A stretch of 64,000 nucleotides of DNA from Mytilus trossulus (Eukaryota), in assembly GCF_036588685.1 (NCBI RefSeq), contig NC_086376.1:36208001-36272000 (forward strand). Reading direction: 5' to 3'. How positions within the stretch are numbered: position 1 is the first letter of the stretch; each line of letters opens with the position of its first letter. A program made the translations under genes and the position numbers. Below, piece after piece: positions 63,152-64,000 of this stretch. Below the pieces are notes generated by a model. It did not search any database and was not told the origin of the DNA. It saw nothing but the letters and a program-made list of their open reading frames with translations.

Positions 63152-64000
63152 TCAGCGACCACGACGACCCCTACCACGATCTCCTCTGTTTCCACCACGA
63201 CCTCGTCCACGTCCTCTGTCATTAGAATCATCTTGATGTCTGTCTCTACTGAATTCGCGACTTCTAAAATCAGGAATTTCATCTCCATCATTGTTGTCTT
63301 CATGACCACGACCCCTACCACGACCTCTACTACCACCACGACCACGACCTTGTCCACGAATGAAGTCTAGACTTCTACCGCTACGATTTTCATTATTATA
63401 CTTGGTGTTTTCATGACTACGACCCCTACCACGACCTCTGTTATTTCCACGACCTTGTCCACCATTGAGTTCTTGACTTCTACCAACAGGACCTTCATTC
63501 CCAAGCTTGTTGTCCTCATGACCACGACCCCTACCACGACCTCTGTTATTACCACGACCTGGTCCACGATTGATTTCTTGACTTCTACCAACAGGACCTC
63601 CATTTCCAAGCGTGTTGTCTTCATGACCACGACCCCTACCACGACCTCTGTTATTACCACGACCTGGTCCACGATTGATTTCTTGACTTCTACCAACAGG
63701 ACGGCCGCGACCACGATTACCCCGACTTCCTTTGTCATGATTATTATCTCCATGTCCGTCTCTTTTAAATTCTACGCTCCTATCGGTACCAACACGACTT
63801 GCATTACCATCTGTTGTATCTGTTTTCACCTGCATTGTTTTCTCAGTTCCCTTCCCACAGCCTTTACGCTTTTGTCCGCGACCATCGTGGCAATGTTCAC
63901 TATCAAGTTTGTTTTTCGAAGGATTCTTTAATTTTATATGCGAATTCGTATGTCTAACGTCACCGCCAACTGGCATCTTGTTTTCTCTATTGCTGCTTGG
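63152..64000 (-). CDS. Terminal coding segment of a gene extending beyond the window; Arg/Gly-rich (RG-repeat) disordered C-terminus
   Basis: The frame is open from 64000 to TGA at 63152. It contains 35-aa (105-bp) tandem units GPVGRSQEINRGPGRGNNRGRGRGRGHEDNxLGNx plus diverged copies. GC is higher than in the flanks. Confidence 0.7.
   Translation of the reverse strand, partial: PSSNRENKMPVGGDVRHTNSHIKLKNPSKNKLDSEHCHDGRGQKRKGCGKGTEKTMQVKTDTTDGNASRVGTDRSVEFKRDGHGDNNHDKGSRGNRGRGRPVGRSQEINRGPGRGNNRGRGRGRGHEDNTLGNGGPVGRSQEINRGPGRGNNRGRGRGRGHEDNKLGNEGPVGRSQELNGGQGRGNNRGRGRGRSHENTKYNNENRSGRSLDFIRGQGRGRGGSRGRGRGRGHEDNNDGDEIPDFRSREFSRDRHQDDSNDRGRGRGRGGNRGDRGRGRRGR

Noticed and set aside
63139-63931. 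Val-rich (-) and Thr-rich mucin-like (+) ORFs
   Set aside because: They are alternative-frame or antisense shadows of the RG-repeat ORF, which is the longest frame and runs to the window edge.

Overview
AT-rich, intron-containing eukaryotic DNA. The repeat families and proteins suggest a bivalve mollusc, probably a mussel; that assignment is inference. The main content is a head-to-tail array of three paralogous multi-exon genes on the - strand (CDS spans 8355-15685, 31261-41560, 49722-57709), reconstructed exon by exon. They encode KY/hillarin/ltd-1-like transglutaminase-fold proteins with a lost catalytic triad and an N-terminal MGxxxS/T+Cys acylation motif. Paralogs 1 and 3 also have a C-terminal helical region resembling the dynein microtubule-binding domain. 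Paralog 2 stops before that region, and paralog 3 has a 1-bp frameshift in exon 2. Other coding features are an intronless class A GPCR (46546-47520) and the RG-rich 3' end of a gene entering from the right edge. Mobile DNA includes a nearly full-length but mutated DIRS-order (PAT-like) tyrosine-recombinase retrotransposon (3026-7244), a Harbinger-type element nested inside an inverted copy of itself (1-1651), an Academ (XPG-type) relic, Penelope-like RT fragments, Helitron/Helentron-type elements, tRNA-derived SINE-like copies and MITEs. There is also a 34-bp minisatellite. No rRNA, true tRNA or CRISPR array was found. All family assignments come from motif recognition by eye; no searches were run.
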